Shown piece by piece: positions 52,438 through 61,538 of a DNA stretch of 64,000 nt (positions are counted from its first letter, which is position 1; every line of letters starts with the position of its first letter). The stretch comes from Prevotella sp. (GTDB lineage: Bacteria; Bacteroidota; Bacteroidia; Bacteroidales; Bacteroidaceae), in the NCBI GenBank assembly GCA_051869235.1, contig JBJEAS010000091.1:7343-71342 (forward strand). The letters run 5' to 3'. Below the pieces are notes generated by a model that did not search any database, was not told where the DNA came from, and saw nothing but the letters and a program-made list of their open reading frames with translations. The position numbers and the translations under genes were made by a program.

Positions 52438-53595
52438 ATGGGATTCACAAATTTTATAGCAGAGAATTTCAATGAGTTTCTTACCTACACTGGCTTTGCC
52501 AATGCAACGGCAGGAAACCTCATCATGATTGTGGTAGGAGCAATACTCATCTACCTTGCAATCAAGAAAGACTTCGAGCCTCTGCTGCTCATTCCTATCG
52601 GATTGGGCATTATACTCGGAAACATTCCTTTCCGTGCTGATGCAGGACTCGAAATAGGACTCTATGAAGACAACTCGGTTCTCAACATCTTCTATCAAGG
52701 TGTTCGACAAGGTTGGTATCCACCACTCGTATTCTTGGGCATTGGAGCCATGACCGACTTCTCGGCACTCATTGCCAACCCTAAGCTTGTGCTTATTGGT
52801 GCAGCCGCCCAGTTCGGTATCTTCGGTGCCTATATGGTAGCCCTCGCACTCGGCTTTGAGCCAAACCAGGCTGCGGGTATAGCAATCATCGGCGGTGCCG
52901 ACGGCCCTACAGCCATCTTCCTCTCGTCGAAGCTGTGCCCTAACCTCATGGGAGCAATTGCCGTTTGCGCTTATTCCTACATGGCGCTCGTACCACTTAT
53001 TCAGCCACCATTGATGCGTCTGCTCACCACCAAGAAGGAGCGCGTCATCAAGATGAAGCCAAGCCGTCAGGTTAGCCAGACAGAACGCATCCTCTTCCCT
53101 ATCATCGGATTGCTCTTGACCACCTTCATCGTGCCTTCCGGTCTTCCACTGCTCGGCATGCTCTTCTTCGGTAATCTTCTGAAAGAGTCAGGCAAGACCA
53201 CACGTTTGGCAAAGACTGCCGGCTCTGCACTCAACGACATCGTTGTGATGCTACTTGGCCTCACCGTAGGTTGCTCGACACAGGCAAGCGAGTTCCTGAC
53301 ATTGAACACACTGTTCATCTTCGTCGTTGGTGCATGCGCCTTCATGGTTGCTACAGCCAGTGGTGTTTGCTTCGTCAAGCTCATGAACCTGTTCTTGCCA
53401 AAAGACAAGAAGCTCAATCCGCTCATTGGAAACGCCGGCGTGTCAGCCGTACCTATGAGTGCCCGTATAAGCAACAACCTCGGACTGGAATACGACCGCC
53501 ACAACTTCCTGCTCATGCACGCCATGGGTCCAAACGTTGCCGGCGTAATTGGTTCGGCAGTAGCTGCCGGAGCCTTGCTCGGATTCCTGTCTTAG
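52438..53595 (+). CDS. Na+-translocating decarboxylase beta subunit (OadB/MmdB)
   Basis: EPLLL.PIG.G, GIGAMTDF, IIGGADGPTAI, YSYMALVP, GPN.AGVIGSA. Confidence 0.95.
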   Translation: MGFTNFIAENFNEFLTYTGFANATAGNLIMIVVGAILIYLAIKKDFEPLLLIPIGLGIILGNIPFRADAGLEIGLYEDNSVLNIFYQGVRQGWYPPLVFLGIGAMTDFSALIANPKLVLIGAAAQFGIFGAYMVALALGFEPNQAAGIAIIGGADGPTAIFLSSKLCPNLMGAIAVCAYSYMALVPLIQPPLMRLLTTKKERVIKMKPSRQVSQTERILFPIIGLLLTTFIVPSGLPLLGMLFFGNLLKESGKTTRLAKTAGSALNDIVVMLLGLTVGCSTQASEFLTLNTLFIFVVGACAFMVATASGVCFVKLMNLFLPKDKKLNPLIGNAGVSAVPMSARISNNLGLEYDRHNFLLMHAMGPNVAGVIGSAVAAGALLGFLS

Positions 53596-53599
53596 TAAA

Positions 53600-53689
53600 T
53601 GAAGAGTTTTGAGTGATGAGTTATGATTACCTTAAAGTCAGATGTTCTGCGCAGTTAAGTAATCATAACTCTTCACTCTTCACTCTTCA
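53600..53689. repeat. Intergenic palindromic element of TGAAGAG heptamers
   Basis: tgaagagttttgagtgatgagttatgattac ... gtaatcataactcttcactcttcactcttca. Confidence 0.8.
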
Positions 53690-53697
53690 CTTAATAT

Positions 53698-54288
53698 ATG
53701 TATCCTCATATAGCCATAGTCGACCCAAATACTCTTGCAGCATTAGGACTGAAAAACTTGCTTCAAGACATCGTGCCAATCATGCAGGTTGACACCTTCG
53801 GGTCGTTTGCCGAACTTCAGGCAAACAACCCCGAACAGTATTTCCATTATTTCGTGGCTATGAACATAGTGCTTGAGAACCGCACTTTCTTTATCAACAA
53901 CCGACACAAGACCATTGTCCTTACCATGTCACACGAGGCGGCATCGCAAACCACAGGATTCCACAGCCTATGCGTCAACGTACCAGAGAAACAACTGTTG
54001 AAATCCATCCTGACCCTTGAACAACACGCACACGCCAATGGCCGCAACATGCCTCCCCTACCCCATGACGACTCCGCCCTCCTGCCCCTCACCGACCGCG
54101 AGGCAGAGGTGATGGCACTCGTTGCCCAAGGACTCATCAACAAGGAAATAGCCGACCGCCTATCCATAGGTCTTGCCACCGTTGTCACCCATCGCAAGAA
54201 CATAATGACAAAGCTCAACCTGAAGAGCGTCTCTGCACTCACCATCTACGCCGTCACACACGGATATGTTGACATCAACAAAATCTGA
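53698..54288 (+). CDS. LuxR-family transcriptional regulator
   Basis: LTDREAEV..LVAQG..NKEIADRL.I...TV.THRKNIM.KL. Confidence 0.9.
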   Translation: MYPHIAIVDPNTLAALGLKNLLQDIVPIMQVDTFGSFAELQANNPEQYFHYFVAMNIVLENRTFFINNRHKTIVLTMSHEAASQTTGFHSLCVNVPEKQLLKSILTLEQHAHANGRNMPPLPHDDSALLPLTDREAEVMALVAQGLINKEIADRLSIGLATVVTHRKNIMTKLNLKSVSALTIYAVTHGYVDINKI

Positions 54289-54336
54289 ACATACAGCCAA
54301 CAGCATCGCTGGTAAGTTACAACACCGATAGGCACA

Positions 54337-54621
54337 TTAATAGGTGAACAGAGTCTGTCCCCTGTTCATAAGCATCGTTCCCAGGCCGGGGATTGCCACC
54401 GAGTGTCCCTCCGTGGCCCATGCCGAGATGGTCTCGCCAATGGCTGCCCATGCCGCACGCAGCGATGCCTTGCCGATGCCCGAGCGCACCGATGCCTCGC
54501 TGATTACCTTACTCTCGGTGAGCTTGTTGTAGAGTTCCGCCGTCATAACGTAGCGGTACTCGCCCTCACCGTCCTTCGTGAATTTTAGCAGTCGCTCCAC
54601 TGCCTTGATTTTCATTCCCAT
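54337..54621 (-). pseudogene. HU-related DNA-binding protein, C-terminally truncated
   Basis: W..EGHSVAIPGLGTM then runs into palindrome TGAACAG-AGTCTGTCCC-CTGTTCA (54345-54368). Confidence 0.65.
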
Positions 54622-54829
54622 AGTGATTTTGATTTATTAAGGGGTTAAACAAAAAAGTGTTATCGGCTGCAAAGATACGAAAAGGCGACAAACCGCTGTC
54701 CCGATTTGTCACCTTTTGGCTTGTAGAATAATACATTTTTTTGACTCTTTATGAAAAAAGAAGGAATGTTCTTTCCTTAATTGGAATTTATTTATTAATT
54801 TTGCAGTTGAAACGTAACATTGACAAATT

Positions 54830-55081
54830 ATGGAATACAAGGAGTTGTTGAACAATGCCATTGGCAGATTCTGGGATACAAGAGGAAGCCAACGAAGCCA
54901 AAATGCGACTGAGGACGACAACAGGGGAGAATTGATACGCGAACGCAAATACACGTCAGTCGCATTGTTGTGGACAAATGTGAATAGGCAGTATGGCGAC
55001 GTGTGCCAAGACTTGGCAATGGACAATTTCATTTGTTCTTTTGTAGGGCATCTTAAAGGGTGGGAAAATGAATTCAAGTGA
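54830..55081 (+). pseudogene. PaeR7I/XhoI-family type II restriction endonuclease remnant with in-frame internal deletion
   Basis: N-terminal AI..FW.TR..Q......D.NRG joined directly to C-terminal L.RE..YT...LL.T...F..SF.GHL; overlaps the methyltransferase start. Confidence 0.65.
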
Positions 55082-56633
55082 TATTTACGGACATAGGAGA
55101 AATGGCGAGGCACATGGTGATGTCTTCACCTCAATGATTGTCGTGCGACACATGCTCGACATGGTAGGCTATACCAGCTGCTGCGACCTTTCCTCTATAA
55201 GGATTTTGGAGCCAAGCTGTGGTGACGGTTCGTTCCTGTTAGAGATTCTCCACAGGCTCAAGAGTTCGTCAAAGTCATTTTGATTTGACTTTGACGAGGT
55301 AGCTCGACACAATGTCTCGGCTTGCGAGATAGACCACGACAAGGTGGTGTTTCTCCGCAGAAGGCTGATAGAGGCAGGCATTGGCCAAGATGTGGCTGAC
55401 AACGTAGTTCGCGAGTGCGATTTCCTTGCCGAGGAACTGCCGCACTTTGACCTTGTGGTAGGCAATCCGCCCTATGTTAGATATGAGCAACTTTCAGCGC
55501 AGACGATAGAAAAACTGAGACGAGGATTCCCTACGTTCCACTATCGTAGCGACCTTTATGTCCCTTTTTACGAAAAGTCGTTGAAATTGCTTGACGATGG
55601 AGGGAAACACTGCTTCATCTGCTCCAATAGATGGCTAAAAAACGAGTACGGACGCAAACTGAGACAAATGGTGGCAAGTGGATACAACCTTGACACAGTC
55701 ATTGACATTGAGGCGGTCAACCCTTTTGCAAGCAATGTCATGGCATACACAGACATCGTATTGATAAGAAAGCAACGAATGGGGCTTACGTTCGACTTTG
55801 CAAAACTATCCTCACTCGGCGAGCTTGACAACATCAATGCAATACGCTCTCAACGGAAATCCTCCACCACCGATGATTGGACTGCATGTTTTGTGGAGTC
55901 TGAAGACTACTCCTCTTTTCCCACCATATCGCAACAAGGCTTCAAGATTGGCATTGGAGTGGCTACAGGTGCCGATAGGATATTCATTTCCACCAGCCTG
56001 AATGAAATGGTGGAACAGCAGTTGCTCATTCCCATAATCAGTAGCCGCGACCTTCGGGGAAACAAAATGGAATGGAAAGGCACGTTCCTGCTAAACCCAT
56101 ACAACGCCGACGGCACACTTGTTGACCTTGAACGGTATCCTCGTGCCAAAGCATACCTTGAACTACATGCCGACAAGTTAAAATCACGACATATCGCACT
56201 CAAGAAACCAACAAGATGGTATGGTACGATTGACCGCATAAACCCACACCTGATGAAACAACCCAAAATTCTGCTGCCCGATATGACGGCAAACAAACAG
56301 ATTTTCGTAGATGAGGGGAAATACTACCCATCACACAACCTATACTATATTACTGGAGGCGATGTGAAATCCCTGCAGATTCTCAGCGCCATGCTCATGT
56401 CTTCCTTCGTGGCAGTGCAACTGCAACAAATAACAAGCTGCATGAACGGAGGCTACGTGCGTTGGCAAAGCCAATACATTCACAAATTGCGTCTCCCCGA
56501 GGTATCGGCAATAAACAACGAACAAAGAGAAAATATGCCTCGCATCGACAACTCGACCTCTTCCAACAACCATAAAGCCGCAATTGTTTCCATTTTACAG
56601 AATTGCAATAAAGAAAGATTTTGGACGACCTAA
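55068..56633 (+). pseudogene. N6-adenine DNA methyltransferase (M.PaeR7I/TaqI/Eco57I-like, gamma group) interrupted by in-frame TGA
   Basis: G.VFT, LEPSCGDG.F motif I, stop at 55281-55283, same frame continues to VGNPPYVR and TaqI_C-like region. Confidence 0.85.
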
Positions 56634-56640
56634 GAAAGGA

Positions 56641-56718
56641 AGTTGAAGGTTGAAAATTGAATTGCTGCGCATGGTTATTCGGCGCAGCAATTCAATATTC
56701 AACCTTCAATTTTCAATT
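56641..56718. repeat. Palindromic TTGAAnn heptamer element
   Basis: ttgaaggttgaaaattgaattgctgcgc ... gcgcagcaattcaatattcaaccttcaattttcaa. Confidence 0.8.
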
Positions 56719-56722
56719 CCCC

Positions 56723-56902
56723 TCACAAGTCAATCCCATACCACTCCGCTATCTGCCGCGCCGCCACGGGCGACACCAGCTTGTGCCGCTTCTCCACCCC
56801 GAGGCGGCGCAACTCCTCGTCGTGCCGCGCCATCCACCGCCCAAACGTGCGCTTGCTCACCCCCGCCTTCTCCGCAAGTTCCTTCTTCGATATGTATTTC
56901 AT
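56723..56902 (-). CDS. Small HTH protein (59 aa, DUF4248-like), missed by ORF track
   Basis: MKYISKKELAEKAGVSKRTFGRWMARHDEELRRLGVEKRHKLVSPVAARQIAEWYGIDL. Confidence 0.75.
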   Translation of the reverse strand: MKYISKKELAEKAGVSKRTFGRWMARHDEELRRLGVEKRHKLVSPVAARQIAEWYGIDL

Positions 56903-57360
56903 ATAAATTTGTAAAATAATTATTCGTTTGCATCTTAGTTAGCCCCTTGCAATAGTATAAGGAAGAAATTGCTCTCCATACCGGGGAAAAATATTTCCCT
57001 GCCGAGAGAAAAACTTTTTCCTCCCCACCCTTTTCCCACTTCCCCTTAGCCTCAACAAACGGCGAACCAACCGCCGTCAGCCAAAATGTAAAACCAATTT
57101 ACCTATAGGAGAGTGGCTATGCAATATGCATTGCACAAATATACAAGTTTCATCGTTTCCTGCAAGCCATATTTCGTTAAGTTTGCATCAAATTTTTGGA
57201 AATCGCCCTACTTTCGTCCCGACTTTCGCTTTTACTTTCGTTAAATTTGTCAAATTACGTCACAAATGTTTGGAGGTTCTCGATTTATTGATTATATTTG
57301 GGCATGAAAAACGTTGGTGAGGCAACTGATTAGGACTGTAACTTCTAAGGCAAACCTCAC

Positions 57361-57640
57361 TTACGTTTTTTTTATTAATCCATTCAAGATGTTTTCTGAA
57401 TCAGAGATGCTGTGGAGTATAACGTGTCCGTTGTTGTATTGTCTCGCAATTATCCAACTCTTGGAATTTTCGATTTTAGTTTCAAATACAAAAACCTTAT
57501 CTACGTTTGTCTTGTGTTTATAGTTTGACAACTCTCCTAAGAATATGGCTTTCTTCATGATATTCACAATATCTAAGATCATTTCATTCTTCTGCGCATA
57601 TTGCTTATGTGGCTGATTTAGCCATTCCTTTACGGATTTT
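57361..57640 (-). pseudogene. Fragment of phage-like protein C-terminal domain
   Basis: Frame upstream of the 73-aa ORF reads VKEWLNQPHKQYAQKNEMIL...KSWIIAR...LHSISD; no own start; fused to the dcm remnant. Confidence 0.45.
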
Positions 57641-58040
57641 CATTCCAAAATCTCTTCCTTTATTTGAGTTGAATAGACCACCAACATTTTCTATAACCAC
57701 CACTTTGGGGCGTTTGCTTTTAATCAATTCTGCGAAACGGAAAAAAAGTCCAGACCGTTGTCCAGATAATCCTAACCTTTCAGATGAGCCTCTTGCAACA
57801 GAAATATCCTGGCATGGAAATCCTCCACACCACACATTTGCTTCTGGAATGTTTTTTTCATCTATCTCATTTATATCCAAGAACTTCAATACGTTTGGCC
57901 AATGTCTATTAAGGATTTGGTTGCAAAACGGATTAATTTCACATTGCAATTGTGTACTGAATCCTTGATTTTCAAAAGCTATGTCAAATCCGCCAATACC
58001 AGAAAAAAAACGAATTTAAGGTATATTTGTTTTTTACCAT
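57640..58040 (-). pseudogene. C5-cytosine DNA methyltransferase remnant (frameshifted, truncated)
   Basis: F.SGIGGFD split by T8 run (58003-58010), GGFPCQD.S, R.GLF, ENV; truncated after motif VI. Confidence 0.85.
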
Positions 58041-58042
58041 AA

Positions 58043-58870
58043 TCAGTTTTTCTTACCTAATACTTTCTTCTGTTCACTCTCTAATCTCCGTTCCACCTTC
58101 TTCACATCCTCGGCAGCAGGAAGGTTTTCGGGAATGATGCCACGCTCCACCAGCATTTTCCTTACGGCGGCATTGTTGTCGATATGCTCCTTTGTGATGC
58201 TTCTTTCCCCCTGAAGGTCTTTTGTCTGCACGTTCACGCTGGTCATCTCGTCAGCAAAGTCTTTTGCGTTGATGCTGATGGTGGGCAGAAAGTCGGATAA
58301 AGGTCGCTTGTCGGGTATGCCCAACTTGCGCTTCAGTGTGGCTGTACTTAGACCGGACAGAGCTTGGTCACCTTTTGAACGGATAACGCCAAAACTCTTG
58401 TCATTAATGCCGCGCTCATAAAGAACGCCCGATAGGATGCGCTCCGTCTCCTGCAGCTTGGTGCGGGCCTTGACGCGCTCCCATTCCAGAAGGCGTTGTT
58501 CCACCAACTCGGCACGGCGTGTCTGAACGGCAAAGTAGGTCTGAGCAAAGGCTATCTGCGGCTTGCGTGGGTCGCCATTCTGCGCCACAAGATAGCAGGC
58601 ATAGCGCGTGAGCATAATGTCATCTATCTGACGCTCAGCACCTGAGCCTACCTCAACCATTTTGCTGACGTCAGCAAAATGGTCGGTTAAACTTTGACCA
58701 GCATTTTTGCAGGCCTCCTTGGCTTTGTCAATGACATTCACGAAGTTACGCCATTGAGTGTACCCTATTAACTCGCACAATTCCCTTGCGCTCCAGCATT
58801 CCACTTCACCGAAAACGCATGCCACCTGTTCAAACTGCTGAAATAGCTGTCTTATTTCTTCTTGTTTCAT
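58043..58870 (-). CDS. dinD: DNA damage-inducible protein D (BRO-N-like)
   Basis: ECWSAREL...[49 protein letters not shown]. Confidence 0.9.
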   Translation of the reverse strand: MKQEEIRQLFQQFEQVACVFGEVECWSARELCELIGYTQWRNFVNVIDKAKEACKNAGQSLTDHFADVSKMVEVGSGAERQIDDIMLTRYACYLVAQNGDPRKPQIAFAQTYFAVQTRRAELVEQRLLEWERVKARTKLQETERILSGVLYERGINDKSFGVIRSKGDQALSGLSTATLKRKLGIPDKRPLSDFLPTISINAKDFADEMTSVNVQTKDLQGERSITKEHIDNNAAVRKMLVERGIIPENLPAAEDVKKVERRLESEQKKVLGKKN

Positions 58871-59373
58871 AATTATCTTCTTTTAATCATCCTCAGGAAT
58901 TCTCACCAGCAGCGTTAGAACCCCAAAGCCTCTTAACAATGCTCAACCGACGACAAACCGAGAACAATGTCAAACTTGTTTGAACATTGCCGAGGTGCGA
59001 AGGAGGAAGAGATTATTAAAGTTCAAATCGGAGTCACAAATAATACCCAATCCTATTTTCTGCCGTATCAACTGCAAACAATTGGGAATCAATCACTTCT
59101 AAATACCCTGGCTGAACTTATTGTCTTTTCACATAAACGGCAGAACTATTTGCACGCTAATGGCGTCCTTGTTTACACACAAACGACACTCGTCTATACC
59201 ATGATTTTTTGTTTTCATCTGCCATCTGCCACCAAGATGGTGTAATAAAATGATAAACAATATGTTAACATGGTGGCAGATAGGTGGCAGAAGTGGCAGA
59301 TGAGGCGGTAAAATTGCTAAATAACCATGGTTTTTCGAAATAATAATGCCATATCGGACTTTCAATTTTAAAT

Positions 59374-59497
59374 AATCGACTTGTCGATATTGAGGAATCG
59401 ACTTGTCGTTCAGCACAAATCGACTTGTCGATTTTATCAATGCAACGTTAGGTTTTTGGAAATGTAACGTTGCGTTTCAATAAATCCAACGTTGGAC
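59374..59497. repeat. Six-unit array with about 22-bp period (3x AATCGACTTGTCG, 3x AATnnAACGTT)
   Basis: Units start at 59374, 59396, 59418, 59439, 59461, 59483. Confidence 0.85.
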
Positions 59498-59677
59498 TCC
59501 AATGACTACCATGAAGCACACCGTTTGCATAAGCATTACATTTCCGAGTGTATTGTCTTGAAAAGATGTTCTGATATGAAGGCGTCACGTCAGCTGGTGT
59601 CGTCCTGTCTCAATAGCCTTTATTCTTTCATCTGGAAGACTGTTCCGCTTGCAAGAGGAAAGGCTATCTATAGGTGG

Positions 59678-59760
59678 TTTGAGGGGTGAAAACAATCGTT
59701 TGGGCTACTGAATTTATGTTTTTGGGCTACGGAAAACATTCGTTTGAGGTAGAGAAAACA
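59678..59760. repeat. Four-unit TTTG(G/A)G array with 21-22 bp period
   Basis: Units at 59678, 59699, 59721, 59743. Confidence 0.65.
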
Positions 59761-59830
59761 TTTGTCGAAAAACAAATGCTGGGGACACGGTGAGTGGACA
59801 TGCCCACCTAAGATTCTCCAAACATCGGAT

Positions 59831-60553
59831 TTACAACAACTGGAACTTTAGTCCCAACGACAAGCCCAATATGTCCCATAAACTGACGTCACGTTCCATT
59901 ACGGCGGAACGTATATACAAATCACACGAACTAATTTCGTAGAACAGCGTTATGCTCTTAAGAAACTTCCTGCGGTTCTTAGGGACTATCTTCGTAAGCC
60001 GTTGTCCAACGAACACGTTTGTGCGTATCTTCGTCTTCAGCAGGGGATAGTACTTGTCGGGATAGCGATCCGGCTCACGATCCCAAAATTCCGACCCGAA
60101 CACCGTATTGAAATAAATGCCACACGAAAGAGGCTCAAAAAGCCAACCATGCTGCACATACATGCTCCATGGAATGAAGTTCTCCTTCAGCGTCATTGTC
60201 ATCTTTGCACGTCTGCTGTTGTAGCGTGGCAGAAAGCCAAACAGGAGGTTCGTCTCCCACTGCTTATGTTTTCCATAGTCCCAACCGATGCCTATCGACA
60301 CCAAACCCATATTGCCGGCATTCTGTATTATCAATTGCGTAGGAATCAATTCGCCCCAATATTTCCTTCTGTAGTGAACACGTCTGTCATAACCCGACAA
60401 CGAGCCTTTGTCCACCACAGCACCATCTGATGGTGTAGTGTCAAGATACATTAGCGAGTCCTTTCTTTCCCTTGACCCAATGGAGTCGGTCTGTGCCGGC
60501 AATGCCAGCGCGAAAAAGTACAGCAGACTAAAAACGAACAATCTCATAGTCAT
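59831..60553 (-). CDS. Exported/outer-membrane hypothetical protein
   Basis: Signal peptide; Q.AGNMG.VS.G.GW.YG; terminal beta-strand LSLGLKFQL. Confidence 0.75.
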   Translation of the reverse strand: MTMRLFVFSLLYFFALALPAQTDSIGSRERKDSLMYLDTTPSDGAVVDKGSLSGYDRRVHYRRKYWGELIPTQLIIQNAGNMGLVSIGIGWDYGKHKQWETNLLFGFLPRYNSRRAKMTMTLKENFIPWSMYVQHGWLFEPLSCGIYFNTVFGSEFWDREPDRYPDKYYPLLKTKIRTNVFVGQRLTKIVPKNRRKFLKSITLFYEISSCDLYIRSAVMERDVSLWDILGLSLGLKFQLL

Positions 60554-61334
60554 ATTCCTCCTTTCCTATCCTAAAGAGCATATAGCTGCGATTATAGGCA
60601 GCGTCAACGCCGTAGTACATCACGCCGTCGTTATACAGGTCATCGGCCTTCAGACTATGGTCGTGGCCATTGATGCAAAACATCAAGCCACGCATCATCC
60701 TGACATAATATTCAAAACTCTTCGCCACGTTGTTGTTGAACTGGTCGCTGAAAGGACGCGCGTGCATACACACTACCGTTCGCTCATACAGTGCTGAATC
60801 GCACGTCCAATGTTCCTCCATGTAGTCGAAATTCGGCACTGCGGCGATATAGTCATATTCCGTGGCATTGGTATTCAGGCAAAGGAATTTCACACGTCCT
60901 GCAATGAAACAGAAATCGAATTTTCCCCACATCTTTTCATACACCTCCTCACCCGTACCGAGGAAGTCGTGATTGCCAATGAGCGCAACATAAGGCTTCC
61001 GCAAACCACTGAGTTTCTCACGTGTCCATACGAACTCCTTTGTGGTCCCGGTATCACTAAGGTCGCCAAGATGCACAACAAAGTCTATGCTGTCGCGCCG
61101 GTTGATGTCGTCAATCATTGCCCTAAGGTCGGCATAGTCTATGTGTGAGTCGCTGATGAAAGCCACCTGCAACGGCAACTTGTTGCGACATTCCGTCTCA
61201 ATGCGTTTAATGTTCCTGTTGTTGATGTCAGTCTCTCCGTCAAAATTAGTATCGTAAGGATGTACGTCAAACACTCCTTCACATCCCGCAAAAACTACTA
61301 CGGCAAGCACAATAAACATTAAATTATTCCTCAT
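60528..61334 (-). CDS. Calcineurin-like metallophosphoesterase lipoprotein
   Basis: Lipobox FAGC; DSH, GD, GNHD, GHDH motifs. Confidence 0.9.
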   Translation of the reverse strand: MRNNLMFIVLAVVVFAGCEGVFDVHPYDTNFDGETDINNRNIKRIETECRNKLPLQVAFISDSHIDYADLRAMIDDINRRDSIDFVVHLGDLSDTGTTKEFVWTREKLSGLRKPYVALIGNHDFLGTGEEVYEKMWGKFDFCFIAGRVKFLCLNTNATEYDYIAAVPNFDYMEEHWTCDSALYERTVVCMHARPFSDQFNNNVAKSFEYYVRMMRGLMFCINGHDHSLKADDLYNDGVMYYGVDAAYNRSYMLFRIGKEEYDYEIVRF

Positions 61335-61447
61335 GTTCTCAATTACTACTTCAAAATTTGCTGCAAAGGTAATACAATTAAATAAAACGCCACTATCCTA
61401 AAATACACCAAGAATGTTCAATTTTTCAAAAATACATTCAACGTACT

Positions 61448-61538
61448 AAAAAAGCTAAATGCCCCGCGCTTCTCAGCGTGAGGCATTTTCTCAATAGGTA
61501 TTAGCCTTCTAAGGTAAAAAGATTGTATTCAGGATAAC
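61448..61538 (-). ncRNA. Candidate sRNA C (complementary to sRNA A/B motif)
   Basis: TACCTTTG promoter 61544-61551 (-); GAGA-capped hairpin AAATGCCTCACGCT/AGCGCGGGGCATTT then U-rich tail; no ORF. Confidence 0.6.

Noticed and set aside
55281-55283. Selenocysteine or recoded TGA in the methyltransferase
   Set aside because: Non-catalytic position, no evident SECIS-like hairpin, TGA is used as a normal stop elsewhere, and neighbouring genes are also decayed
59374-59497. CRISPR array
   Set aside because: Units are 11-16 bp with 8-10 nt spacers, far below CRISPR dimensions; no cas genes in the window
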